This document shows, one piece after another, positions 1-10,500 of a stretch of DNA of 26,025 nt. A program made the position numbers and the translations under genes. Under the pieces are notes generated by a model. That model ran no database searches. It worked only from the letters and a program-made list of their open reading frames with translations, and was not told the origin of the DNA. Numbering within the stretch: the stretch's first letter is position 1; the number at the start of each line of letters is the position of its first letter. Origin of the DNA: Candidatus Eiseniibacteriota bacterium (GTDB taxonomy: Bacteria; Eisenbacteria; RBG-16-71-46; JABDJR01; JAWXBZ01); the NCBI GenBank assembly GCA_034440375.1, contig JAWXBZ010000127.1, forward strand, positions 1 through 26,025. Reading direction: 5' to 3'.

Positions 1-1
1 C

Positions 2-40
2 AAAAATCGGAGCGCCGCGAGCACCCTCGCGGCGCTCCGA
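2..40 (-). terminator. Rho-independent terminator of the BON-domain gene
   Basis: Perfect 15-bp stem TCGGAGCGCCGCGAG (7-21) / CTCGCGGCGCTCCGA (26-40) with a 4-nt loop. A5 at 2-6 gives a U-tract on the minus strand. Lies 10 nt after the stop at 51. Confidence 0.9.
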
Positions 41-50
41 GCTTCTGTTT

Positions 51-1052
51 CTAGCGTTCCTTGCCGACTGTCATCGAGCCAGCCTTCTCCAGTTTGTTAC
101 CGTCCGTTTGGCCCAAACTCGGCTGGTCTTTGCCACGCTTCGACTCGACCTTGACCAGGCACTCGACCTCCCGGACACCGGGAATCGCCTCGGCCAGATC
201 TTCCATCACCCGCCGGTCGCGGCGATCCTGGACGGTGCCGCTGAGTGTCACCACCCCACCCTTGACCTCGACATCGGTGTTCGACGCATCGAGCCACGGG
301 TTGGCGGAGATCAACTCACAGAGATCTTCCTTGATTCGCTCGTCTGACCGCTTGTAGTTGCGCGGTCCGACGCCGGCGAGCGACCGGGCTGACTCCTGGC
401 CGAAGCCGTAGCCCTGGAACGACTGCTGGCCGAAGTCCTGCCCGTAGCGGCCCATCGGTGAAAATTGGCTCCGGTCCTCGAAGCCCTGCCCGGTATATCC
501 GGAGTTGTCGGCACGGCCGGGTACCTGGTACCGACTTTCGCTGCGCCCGGCGTCGAAACCGTAAGCACGATCACTTCGATCGTCTCGCTGCTGCCGTCCG
601 TAAGCCCGGAGTTCGGACTCGCGATCACGCCCCGGTGCGGCCTGGTTCCAGGACCCCTGCGAACGCTGCCTCGGCAGCGACTCGAAATCCTCCTGCCGGA
701 ACTCTTCACCGCTCGACCGGCCGGTCCAGTTGTCCTCTGCCTCATCACGCCGGCTGCCGGCATTGCCGAAATTTTCCCGGCCCTGCGACTGGTCGCGACG
801 GTACTCGTTCTGTTGAAAACCCTGCTCGCGCCCGTTTCCGCCGCGATTGACATCACGTCCAGCGATTCGTTCGTCCGAATTGCTGGCGCCATACGAATCG
901 AGTCGATTGACGAGCGAATTGCGATCGCGGATATCCTCACGATCAGCACGGTTCCCTTCCGGCGACCAGTCACGTCGCTCGCGGCCGTCGTTGTATCCAT
1001 TCAGGTTGTTGATATTGTCGAACTCGCCGTTCCGATGCTCAGTTCGGGACAC
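51..1052 (-). CDS. BON domain-containing protein with a long R/G/D/Q-rich disordered N-terminus
   Basis: C-terminal GPRNYKRSDERIKEDLCELI...VEVKGGVVTLSGTVQDRRDRRVMEDLAEAIPGVREV is a typical BON domain. GTG start with AGGAGG at 1058-1063. Confidence 0.88.
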   Translation of the reverse strand: MSRTEHRNGEFDNINNLNGYNDGRERRDWSPEGNRADREDIRDRNSLVNRLDSYGASNSDERIAGRDVNRGGNGREQGFQQNEYRRDQSQGRENFGNAGSRRDEAEDNWTGRSSGEEFRQEDFESLPRQRSQGSWNQAAPGRDRESELRAYGRQQRDDRSDRAYGFDAGRSESRYQVPGRADNSGYTGQGFEDRSQFSPMGRYGQDFGQQSFQGYGFGQESARSLAGVGPRNYKRSDERIKEDLCELISANPWLDASNTDVEVKGGVVTLSGTVQDRRDRRVMEDLAEAIPGVREVECLVKVESKRGKDQPSLGQTDGNKLEKAGSMTVGKER

Positions 1053-1127
1053 ATTTTCCTCCTGCTGTCATACGGGTGATAATCATGAAGCTGCCAAGCT
1101 GGCGCTCGGCTTTCTTCTCGCTTCTCT

Positions 1128-1143
1128 CGCATCATTCGTGCCG
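1128..1143 (-). promoter_or_regulatory. Putative sigma54 (-24/-12) promoter of the BON gene
   Basis: Minus strand reads CGGCACGAATGATGCG, i.e. GG-N10-GC with GGCACG, about 75 nt upstream of the start. Confidence 0.6.
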
Positions 1144-1374
1144 ACCGCAGTTTGTTGTGTCCGGGCACATGAATCCGAAAAGTGGGGTGAATTTTTCCGC
1201 TTTGGTCTTGCGGCGTCAGTCAATCGGCCATGATCGGAATCGGGAACGTCCAGCGCGTACAATTGTCACCGGCCGGCGTAGCACCTACCTTCCCGGTGGG
1301 TAAGGAACGGCCGGAGAATCTTTCCACCGCGCTCCGCGTGAGAGCCGGTCGGGTGCCGTGGGGAAGGGGGGCAG

Positions 1375-2841
<1,467 letters not shown>

Positions 2842-3684
2842 TCAACGACTCCAGCTGACCATCCCGCTCCACGCCGTCCAGAGGATCACCGCGCCGAACG
2901 CGATGCGATACCAGGCGAAGGCCGTGAAGTCGTGGCTGGCCACGTAACGGATCAGCCAGCGGATGCACAGGAGCGCCGCCAGGAACGACACGAGCGTGCC
3001 GACGGCGAAGATCGGCAGGTCGGCGGCACGGAGGGCATCGCGTTCCTTGTAGACGGAGTAGGCGCCGGCGGCCATGAGCGTCGGAATGGCCAGGTAGAAA
3101 CTGAACTCGGTGGCCGCCGGGCGGGAGAGTCCCAGCACCATCCCGCCGATGATGGTGGCGCCCGAGCGGCTCGTGCCGGGAATCAGGGCCAGGCACTGAA
3201 ACAGCCCGATTCGAATCGCGTCGAACGGCGTCATGTCATCGACGGTCGTCACACGGGCGGTCAGGCCTTTCTCGACCCCACGGCGCCGCATCGCCTCCAC
3301 CCACAGGATGATGATGCCGCCGACGACAAAGGCGATGGCCACCGGCACGGGATGGAACAGGTGCCGTTTGATCAATTTGCTGAATGCGAGGCCAATTACC
3401 ATGGCCGGCAGAAAGGCAATGGCCACATTCAGTGCGAATCGCCGGGCCGGAGGCTCGGTGGCGAGGCCGGAGATGGTTTTGCCGATGCGCGCACGGTATT
3501 CCCAGACAACGGCAAACATGGCGCCGGTCTGGATGGCGATTTCAAACGTGGCGGCCGAGGCGCCGCGAAAGTTGAGCAGCGAGGCCGCCACGATGAGGTG
3601 ACCGGTCGAGGAAATCGGCAGAAATTCGGTGAGCCCCTCCACGATGCCGAGCAGGGCGGCCTTGAGCAGGAGGAGGGGGTCCAT
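2842..3684 (-). CDS. uppP: Undecaprenyl-diphosphate phosphatase (BacA/UppP), 280 aa from ATG 3684
   Basis: [17 protein letters not shown] and [12 protein letters not shown]...R..ATEFSF motifs. Start trimmed to MDPLLLLKA. Confidence 0.97.
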   Translation of the reverse strand: MDPLLLLKAALLGIVEGLTEFLPISSTGHLIVAASLLNFRGASAATFEIAIQTGAMFAVVWEYRARIGKTISGLATEPPARRFALNVAIAFLPAMVIGLAFSKLIKRHLFHPVPVAIAFVVGGIIILWVEAMRRRGVEKGLTARVTTVDDMTPFDAIRIGLFQCLALIPGTSRSGATIIGGMVLGLSRPAATEFSFYLAIPTLMAAGAYSVYKERDALRAADLPIFAVGTLVSFLAALLCIRWLIRYVASHDFTAFAWYRIAFGAVILWTAWSGMVSWSR

Positions 3685-3695
3685 CGGGGGCGGTG

Positions 3696-4961
3696 TCAGT
3701 CGCGGTGGACGACGATCCGGGCGGAGCGAATCGGGCCGGCCCCATCGGGGCGCGCCCAATAGATGCCGTTCGGTACCGGGCGGCCGGTCTCGTCACACAG
3801 GTCCCAGCGGGCGCTTCCGGCATTGGAGCCCGTCTTGAGAACCCGTACGCGGCGACCGGAGAGATCAAATATCTCAATTCCGGAAACTAGTCGTGATGAA
3901 TCCCATGAGATCAGGGCATTGGCCCGGGCCGGGTTGGGGGCCACCCGAAAGAGTGGCGCAGTCGACGCGGCAGGAACATTCGAAACGGCCGTGAAGAACC
4001 AGGGCATGGAAGTCGAATCGTTCAGAAAGTAGTCGAGCAGGAGCTGGGCGACGACGGACTGGGCCGACGGCCTGGGATGCGTGCCGTCGATCGAATCGAA
4101 CTGACTGCACGACCAGGTGAGACCGTCGCTCCGCGCGTTCAGGCCGTCGGCCCACAGGTAAGGACCCCAGGACATCCACGCCGCCCGGACGGGCCCCTTC
4201 GCCGGGTCGAAGTTCAGGCTGTCCTCGCCGGCGATTTGCGCCTCGATGAGCCACTTCACGCCGAAGCCGCTTTCGTAGGCATACGGTTCCGGGTTGAGCG
4301 TGATGGACGCGTAGCCGCCGTAGATCCGGCTGGACAGGTACACCTGCTTCAGGTTGGGAAATTTGTCATGCAGGATGTGCATGATGGTGCCGACCTGGTC
4401 GCGGTAGAGCTGGGCCTGGCCCGGAAAGCCGCCTGTCGGGTTTTGATTGGCGTTCTTGAACCAGATGACCTGCACCTGTTCGGGCCAGATGTCATTGAAA
4501 TAGAGCCGGGAATCGACGTAATCCCAGTAAGCGGCATTGGGATTGGAAATGATTTCGGCCGTCTGCCCACCCTGCGCGCAGTTGATATAGTTGATGCCGA
4601 AGTTCGCCGTCGGAAATCCGTCCGCGAAGTTCTTGAACGCCGAGAACTCCAGGAAGCAGTTGCTCATCCCGATCGACAGGAAGATGATCCGCCCCTGGGG
4701 ATCGGGCAGGCCCGCCTGGTTCAGCCGTGTCACCGTCTGCCCGATGGCAATTCCCGCCGATTCGTGAGCGGCGGGCCGGAGGTTCAAGCCTCCAGGGTAA
4801 AGCCCCCCCTGGAAGCCCTGGTAGGAGCCGGACCCAAGGTCCGTCAGGGGTATCAGGCCCGTCGCGGTATTGGCGCAATTGGAGGCGGCCACCGGCCGGG
4901 CGGCCAGAAGACAGGGGAAAACAAGGGTGATCAGCAGGATGTGGATCAGATTGCGAAGCAT
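3696..4961 (-). CDS. Secreted SGNH-like hydrolase with a C-terminal FlgD-Ig/T9SS-type domain
   Basis: Signal peptide, [10 protein letters not shown] (block I Ser) and DGTHP (block V Asp/His). C-terminus APNP...[10 protein letters not shown]...[15 protein letters not shown]. Confidence 0.7.
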   Translation of the reverse strand: MLRNLIHILLITLVFPCLLAARPVAASNCANTATGLIPLTDLGSGSYQGFQGGLYPGGLNLRPAAHESAGIAIGQTVTRLNQAGLPDPQGRIIFLSIGMSNCFLEFSAFKNFADGFPTANFGINYINCAQGGQTAEIISNPNAAYWDYVDSRLYFNDIWPEQVQVIWFKNANQNPTGGFPGQAQLYRDQVGTIMHILHDKFPNLKQVYLSSRIYGGYASITLNPEPYAYESGFGVKWLIEAQIAGEDSLNFDPAKGPVRAAWMSWGPYLWADGLNARSDGLTWSCSQFDSIDGTHPRPSAQSVVAQLLLDYFLNDSTSMPWFFTAVSNVPAASTAPLFRVAPNPARANALISWDSSRLVSGIEIFDLSGRRVRVLKTGSNAGSARWDLCDETGRPVPNGIYWARPDGAGPIRSARIVVHRD

Positions 4962-5140
4962 CCGGGTGATTATCCCGGAATCACGCGACCCGGTCCATCC
5001 AATTCCCCGCTGTCGAGTTACCGGGGTGTCATCCCGACTCAGTCAAACAGGTTAACTTCAGCTAACCACTCCCCCCTGTTCCGTAACCAATGGCTATCGG
5101 GCCAACGCGCCCGGACAGATGCGTCCAAGCTCGAGACATC

Positions 5141-5157
5141 CTGTTAACTATTAACAG
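5141..5157. promoter_or_regulatory. Perfect 7-3-7 inverted repeat, candidate transcription-factor site
   Basis: CTGTTAA-CTA-TTAACAG in an AT-rich intergenic stretch. Confidence 0.45.
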
Positions 5158-5197
5158 CACAATCAGATAAGTCATCGGGCAGTTCCATTTTCCCGAT

Positions 5198-5213
5198 CGG
5201 CACGAATCATGCT
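5198..5213 (+). promoter_or_regulatory. Putative sigma54 promoter with no downstream plus-strand CDS
   Basis: CGGCACGAATCATGCT is GG-N10-GC and nearly identical to the element upstream of the BON gene. Confidence 0.55.
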
Positions 5214-5223
5214 TTCAACATCC

Positions 5224-5288
5224 ATCGGGTGGCCGGTGCCGGACCAACCGAGACGCGACTTGTCGGCCGGACCGGCCCCCTTTCGTTT
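5224..5288 (+). ncRNA. Candidate small hairpin RNA
   Basis: Long GC-rich stem 5227-5242 / 5267-5280 plus an upper helix 5248-5251 / 5263-5266, followed by TTTCGTTT. Begins right at the predicted sigma54 +1. Confidence 0.35.
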
Positions 5289-5298
5289 GGCTGTAGAG

Positions 5299-6618
5299 TC
5301 AGTGACTTTCCATTGTTCGACCCGGATTTTCCAGCGCTTCGATCCCGGCCGGATCAGTTGCCCGCTCATCGAGGTGCTGCAATAACGACAACAGTGAGTT
5401 GATGTCGGTTGCCGGCTCCGTCAGCCAGGGCGAATCGGTAACGGCCTCCAGCCATTGACGGGCTGGCCAACAGGCGTCCCGAAGCAGGTGCAGGAATCGC
5501 AGCGTGCGAAAGGCGTCGAACCAGGTGTGGAGGCGGCGGCGGCGAACAGCGGAGGAAATGTTCAGACGGACGGAGTCGACGACGAAGGCGATGGCTCCCA
5601 TTCGCAGAAGGGCATCGATGACTTCGGGCGTCGCCAATCCCGCCGTTTCCAGGCGCGTGGCGACATCGGCCGCGGGCCCGGGCCAGCCGGGTGCCGGGTC
5701 GAAGGCTCCCTCGAGGGTTTCCAGCCACGAGCGCAACGCCCGGTATGCGCGCGGGTCCGGAAGGCGGTAGTCGGCGGCCAGTTCGCCGCGACGGTTCAGG
5801 TCAACCATGGCCCGCCCGGTGCCGAACGGAACGCGGTTCGATTCGCGGGCGGCCAGGTGGATGGGGGCGCCGGGTGCGGCGTGGATGGTGCCGGTCTTGG
5901 CCAACTTATCGAGGAGATAAAAATCCTCACCCGCCATCGGGCGCGGGATGCCGCGGACCAGCACCAGTGCTTCGGCGTCGACGGCCAGCGTCGAGCCGAT
6001 CGCCTGAAAGGCGTAAGGAGAACCGGCCCACGCCAGGGCCAGGCGGTGCCAGCGAAGCCATGTCTCGTAGAGGGCGATGGTCTCGCTGGACACCGGCGGG
6101 ACCGGATCGTGGCGGAACGGAAACGTCAGCGCCACGACCCTCTCGGACTGTTTCCTAAGTCTTGCGGCGCGTTCAAACCAATCGTTCGGCACGCGGGCGT
6201 CGGCGTCGGTCTGCAAGATCATGGGATGCTCGATTGCGCCGCCGGCGCGCCAGGCCAGGGCCACGTCGTTGCCGATCTTGCGGGCGAGGCCGACGCCCTG
6301 TTTCTCCGGAAGCCAGGCACCGGAGACGGCGCGGTCGATGACGATGACCTGCCGGGGATCGAACGATGCCAGCCATCGCCGGGCGGCGCCGTTGGCCTGA
6401 TGCACCGCCGGCGCGTCCGACGCCCGCGCATTGAGTACGACGATCAGACCGACATCGGAGCCGCCCGCCGTCAGGATCGAGTCGACGGCGACACGAAGAA
6501 GCTCGTCCTCGCCCATCGCCGGCACGACGGCCACCTGGCGAAAAGTCCGTGGGGGCAAAATGGCCGCCGTCCCGGGTTCGGCGTGGCGATGCAGGTACTG
6601 ATCCAGCGGTTTCGACAT
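5299..6618 (-). CDS. Glycosyltransferase family 2-like (GT-A fold) protein
   Basis: VVPAMGE, GVGLARKIG, TDADARV (DxD), GSTLAV, AGEDFY and SNRVPFGTG motifs. Confidence 0.75.
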   Translation of the reverse strand: MSKPLDQYLHRHAEPGTAAILPPRTFRQVAVVPAMGEDELLRVAVDSILTAGGSDVGLIVVLNARASDAPAVHQANGAARRWLASFDPRQVIVIDRAVSGAWLPEKQGVGLARKIGNDVALAWRAGGAIEHPMILQTDADARVPNDWFERAARLRKQSERVVALTFPFRHDPVPPVSSETIALYETWLRWHRLALAWAGSPYAFQAIGSTLAVDAEALVLVRGIPRPMAGEDFYLLDKLAKTGTIHAAPGAPIHLAARESNRVPFGTGRAMVDLNRRGELAADYRLPDPRAYRALRSWLETLEGAFDPAPGWPGPAADVATRLETAGLATPEVIDALLRMGAIAFVVDSVRLNISSAVRRRRLHTWFDAFRTLRFLHLLRDACWPARQWLEAVTDSPWLTEPATDINSLLSLLQHLDERATDPAGIEALENPGRTMESH

Positions 6619-6639
6619 GTGGGCGGGATTGTCGCCCCT

Positions 6640-7275
6640 TTAGTTCTCCGGGCGGAAGTGCCCCTGTCCTCCGCGACGCGGCGCCCAACCGGCCTTGCCG
6701 GGGGCATACGTGGAGAAGTGCGAAAGCCGGACGGCCAGGCCCTGGGTGTCGGCGCTGAGCCCGGCCCGCATGTCGACCCAATTCTCGTCTGATTTGCCGG
6801 GGTTGGCAATCCAGTAGATCGTGAATCCAAACGGATCCTTGAGATCACGGAAGCTTGATTCCAGCAGCACCGGCTTCGAGAATTCCAGCCCTTCAGGATA
6901 GGCCTCACAGGACACGAATCCGGCACTTCCAGTCACGTCCTTGAGCTGAATCATCGTATCCGTCTTGAGAGCCCCAGATGGAATCGTCAGGCGATGTCGG
7001 CCGGCACTCACGACGCCACCATCCTTGGCCCTGACCAGGACCGCGACCGAGACATCCTCGGCCACATCAATGGCCGCGATTGTTTCCGGTTTGCGCTGCG
7101 GTTGGGATGGCTGCGGCGAGTGTTGCAGCGCAAGGTCGGTGGGGTCGAGTGCTTCGGCGCGCGGGGCCAGCGGACCGGACTCGTCCATTCCGCAGCCGGC
7201 GGCAAGGAACGCCGCCACGGCAAGGGTGCAGGACAGGGTTCCAGCACTGGTCCAGGATCGCTTCGCCTGCTGCAT
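6640..7275 (-). CDS. Lipoprotein with a ZU5-like domain (alternative start 7293)
   Basis: Lipobox LAAGC. GGVV..LTIPSGAL...PEGLEFSKPVLL...LSHFSTY matches the ZU5-like pattern. GGAGG at 7282-7286 precedes ATG 7275. Confidence 0.7.
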   Translation of the reverse strand: MQQAKRSWTSAGTLSCTLAVAAFLAAGCGMDESGPLAPRAEALDPTDLALQHSPQPSQPQRKPETIAAIDVAEDVSVAVLVRAKDGGVVSAGRHRLTIPSGALKTDTMIQLKDVTGSAGFVSCEAYPEGLEFSKPVLLESSFRDLKDPFGFTIYWIANPGKSDENWVDMRAGLSADTQGLAVRLSHFSTYAPGKAGWAPRRGGQGHFRPEN

Positions 7276-7331
7276 CACTCGCCTCCATCCCATGATCTCC
7301 AGAATTGGAGGCCATGTCGGTGACTTCAGTT

Positions 7332-7347
7332 TGCACAGGTCATGCCA
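7332..7347 (-). promoter_or_regulatory. Putative sigma54 promoter of the ZU5-lipoprotein/GT2 pair
   Basis: Minus strand reads TGGCATGACCTGTGCA (GG-N10-GC). An IHF-like CATCAACCCTTTG lies at 7392-7404. Confidence 0.6.
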
Positions 7348-7583
7348 CGCGGGTTTTGTTGTGAAGCCCTGAGCGCCAACTGTCGTGCGTTCAAAGGGTT
7401 GATGGCGTATCGGCGCGTGTGGATCGGTCGGATCAAAGGACCCGGGCGGGCAAACTCCCCCACATGGCGGGTCGCTCCGTGGCTATCCCCTTAGGGGACA
7501 ATGAATTCGGCGGTAATGGCTGGATTGAACCGTGCGTGGCCGGAATGACCCAGCGTCCGTCAAGGAGCCGGCGCCGTCCTGTT

Positions 7584-10500
7584 CTATGGCCGAACCATCA
7601 GCTTGATCGACTCCGACCGATGGCCGACCTCCAGTTTCAGGAAGTAGATCCCCGAACGAAGTGGCTGACCGCTGCCGTCCATCGTGTTCCAGTTCACGGT
7701 GTGCTCGCCGGGGGCCATCAGCATCTCATAGTAAAAGCTTTTCACCAGCCGACCCATCGGATCGAAGAGGCGGAGTTTGACATCCTGAGGTCGATCACCC
7801 TCCACGCGGAATCGGATCTGGTCGCTGGCGCTGAACGGGTTCGGAAAGACCAGCAGGAGGCGCCCCGAATCCACCGGCGCGGGTGCCGGCACCGGATCCT
7901 CGCCCGGAACCGAGGAGGTGCCGGGCAGGACGGAACGGACTGCCAGCTCGGTGATCGGATCGAGCTGGGTGTCGCCGTCTTCGTCCGCGTCGATGAGCAG
8001 CCGGTCATGGCCGATCGGCGAGGCGTCGGGATACGACACCAGGACGGTGATGATCTCCGATTCGCCGGGGGAAATCATCCGGGTCCCGATGATCGGCTCA
8101 CCCGGCGGCAGACCGTTCAGCGACACGCCGGCGCTCGGCAATCCGGTATCCCCGGCCAGCGGGCGGATCATGTAGTCGATCGATTCCGGATCGTTCCCTT
8201 CGCCGAGATTTTTCACCTCGAACTCGATCGGGCGTGGGACGCCGGGATAGATTCCCAGGATGCCGATCGGACCGATCTCGGCCGAAGCGAGCTGCCAGCA
8301 CCACTTCTTGGCCCGACGCACGGAGCCGGTGCAGCCGAACAGGCGCCCGGTGTCGTGATTGAAGATCTGCACCTGGTAGCAGGCCGTCTGCCCGACCGGC
8401 ACGCCGCTTGGGCAGGCCACCTGGATCGGCACCGTGACGCACCCCTGCGCCGGAACCGTCACCGTTCCGGATGTCGGGAAGAATCCCGAGGGACCGATGG
8501 GCCCGCACCCTGGGCCCGCCGTCAGCGGCGAAACGCCCCAACTGTAGGTATGCGGCACGAGGCTGTAGTTGCAGATGGTGACCGAGGAGCCGGAGGTGAG
8601 TCCGTTGCAGCAGAGGGCATTCTTCGTGGCATAGCACGATTCGGGGCACTTGCCGGCGGCACCGACTTCGTACAGGCGATAGATCTCGTCCGCGCCCAGT
8701 TCCCGCCGGATCAGCTCCACCTCGTCCAGGTCACCGGCGAAATGGCGGCCACCCAGCGCCGGATGAACCCCCGCCATGAGGAGCGAGGCGGCGCTGTTCA
8801 GGCTCCCCATGCGGCCGGTGGGATTGAGCGGCGTGCCGACCGGGTTGCCATCCACGTAGAACTGCAGGCCGGCCGGGTCGTCGCGATCCAGGGTGACGGC
8901 CACCAGGTGCCAGAGTCCGTCGGCCACGAACGCGGGGGCGCCGCCGTTCACCGCGCTCAAGCCATAGTTGGTGAAACCACCTCCCACCGCCAGTTGCAGG
9001 CCCGGATAGCCGTTGTTGAGGAAAACCACGAACCCCTGGATGGGACTCGCGTTGCGCTTGTCGATGAGCGTGGCTACACCCTGAGATTGCGTGGTCCGGA
9101 TCCAGGCGTCCACGGTGACATCCCCCGGGCCAATGTCCAGCGAGATGTGGTGCGGCACCAGGACAGACTGGTTGACACCGTTGAAGCGATACGAGTTGGC
9201 GACCTGCTCGCCGGGAAGCGGCGTCGGGCCGTTGATCATCGTGCCGCCGGTAAAGGGTGAGGTCAGGCTCGGCGTGATGCCGCCGGGCGCGATGTCCAGG
9301 GGCCACCAGCCGGCCAGGTTGTTCGGCGGCTCCACGCAATTCTGATCGCAGCCGCTGGTGCAGTCGGTACCGTCACCGAAGTAGATGCCCCCGGATTGTT
9401 CGCAGTCTGCAAGGGTGGTGATGGTGCAGAAATTATTGGTGCAGCAGGCGCCGGTCGGCGGCGGGTCACAACCGCCGGCCACCGTCACGTTGAACTGGCA
9501 GATGACCGTGTCGTTCTCGGCATTCACCGCCGTGCAGATCACCGGCGTCGTGCCGACTGAAAAATAGCCGGGCGAGGGACTGCAATTGACCGTCCAGGTG
9601 CTGTCGCAACTTCCCTGCATGATCGGCACCGGCCAGGAGAATTCCGCCCCCTGCGGCGAGGTGCAAGGAATCGTCGTGTCCGAGGGGCAGGTGGCAAAGG
9701 TGCAGATGTTGCAGATGGCCGACACCGTCAGGTCGTACAGGACCGGCGTGACAAAGGGCACACCGCACTCCGCCGAACGCTGCAGCCGGACACGCGTTTC
9801 GATGTAGCGCCCGGGAATCGGCGAGCCGAGCGGACCCGACGTGCCGATGATGGTCCAGCTTTGAGCCGCGAGCGCCGGCAGCGTGGCCGCGATGCGCGCC
9901 TCGACCAGCACGGAGGTACCGACCGGCGTGAGTTCATTCCAGCCGATGAAATTCCAGGCCAGCAGGCTCGAACCGCCGTCGGTGATGACGCTCCAGATTC
10001 CCTGCTGGAGCCCGGTCATGTTCATCTGGCTGCCGGTGAAATCGCTGTAGGTGTACGGACCGTATCCGACGAGCTCCGGTCCCGGCAGCGGAATCTGCGC
10101 GCCCGTGTTCACATCGATCTTGCACCAGAGCGAATTGTGGCTCGGTGTCACGATGATGTGGCCGTCCTCCGCGGCGCCAACGCCCACCGGCGTGTCCGAG
10201 GGGGTCGGATAAACGCCGATCACGTTCGGCACCGGCGTATTGCTGAACTTGACCACCGAGTTGCTGGAGTCGTTGCAGGCCATCCAGATTTCGTTGTTGA
10301 AATCGACGGTGATGCCGCGTCCGATTCCCGGCGCGCCCGGATTGCTGATGGTCCACCCCAGGAGCGGGTTGCCGAGCGTCATGGTCGGATCCCAGCGGAT
10401 GCAGCCGTATTGGCCGCCCGGGCCCAGCCGGATGGCCAGCCAGACGATGCAGTTCTGGTCGACGGCGATGCCGTAGTTGCTGCCGCCATGGTTGATGGTC

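Noticed and set aside
1286-1302. TACC-N9-GGTA resembling the CsoR operator
   Set aside because: Different spacing, no clean G/C tract and no metal gene nearby.
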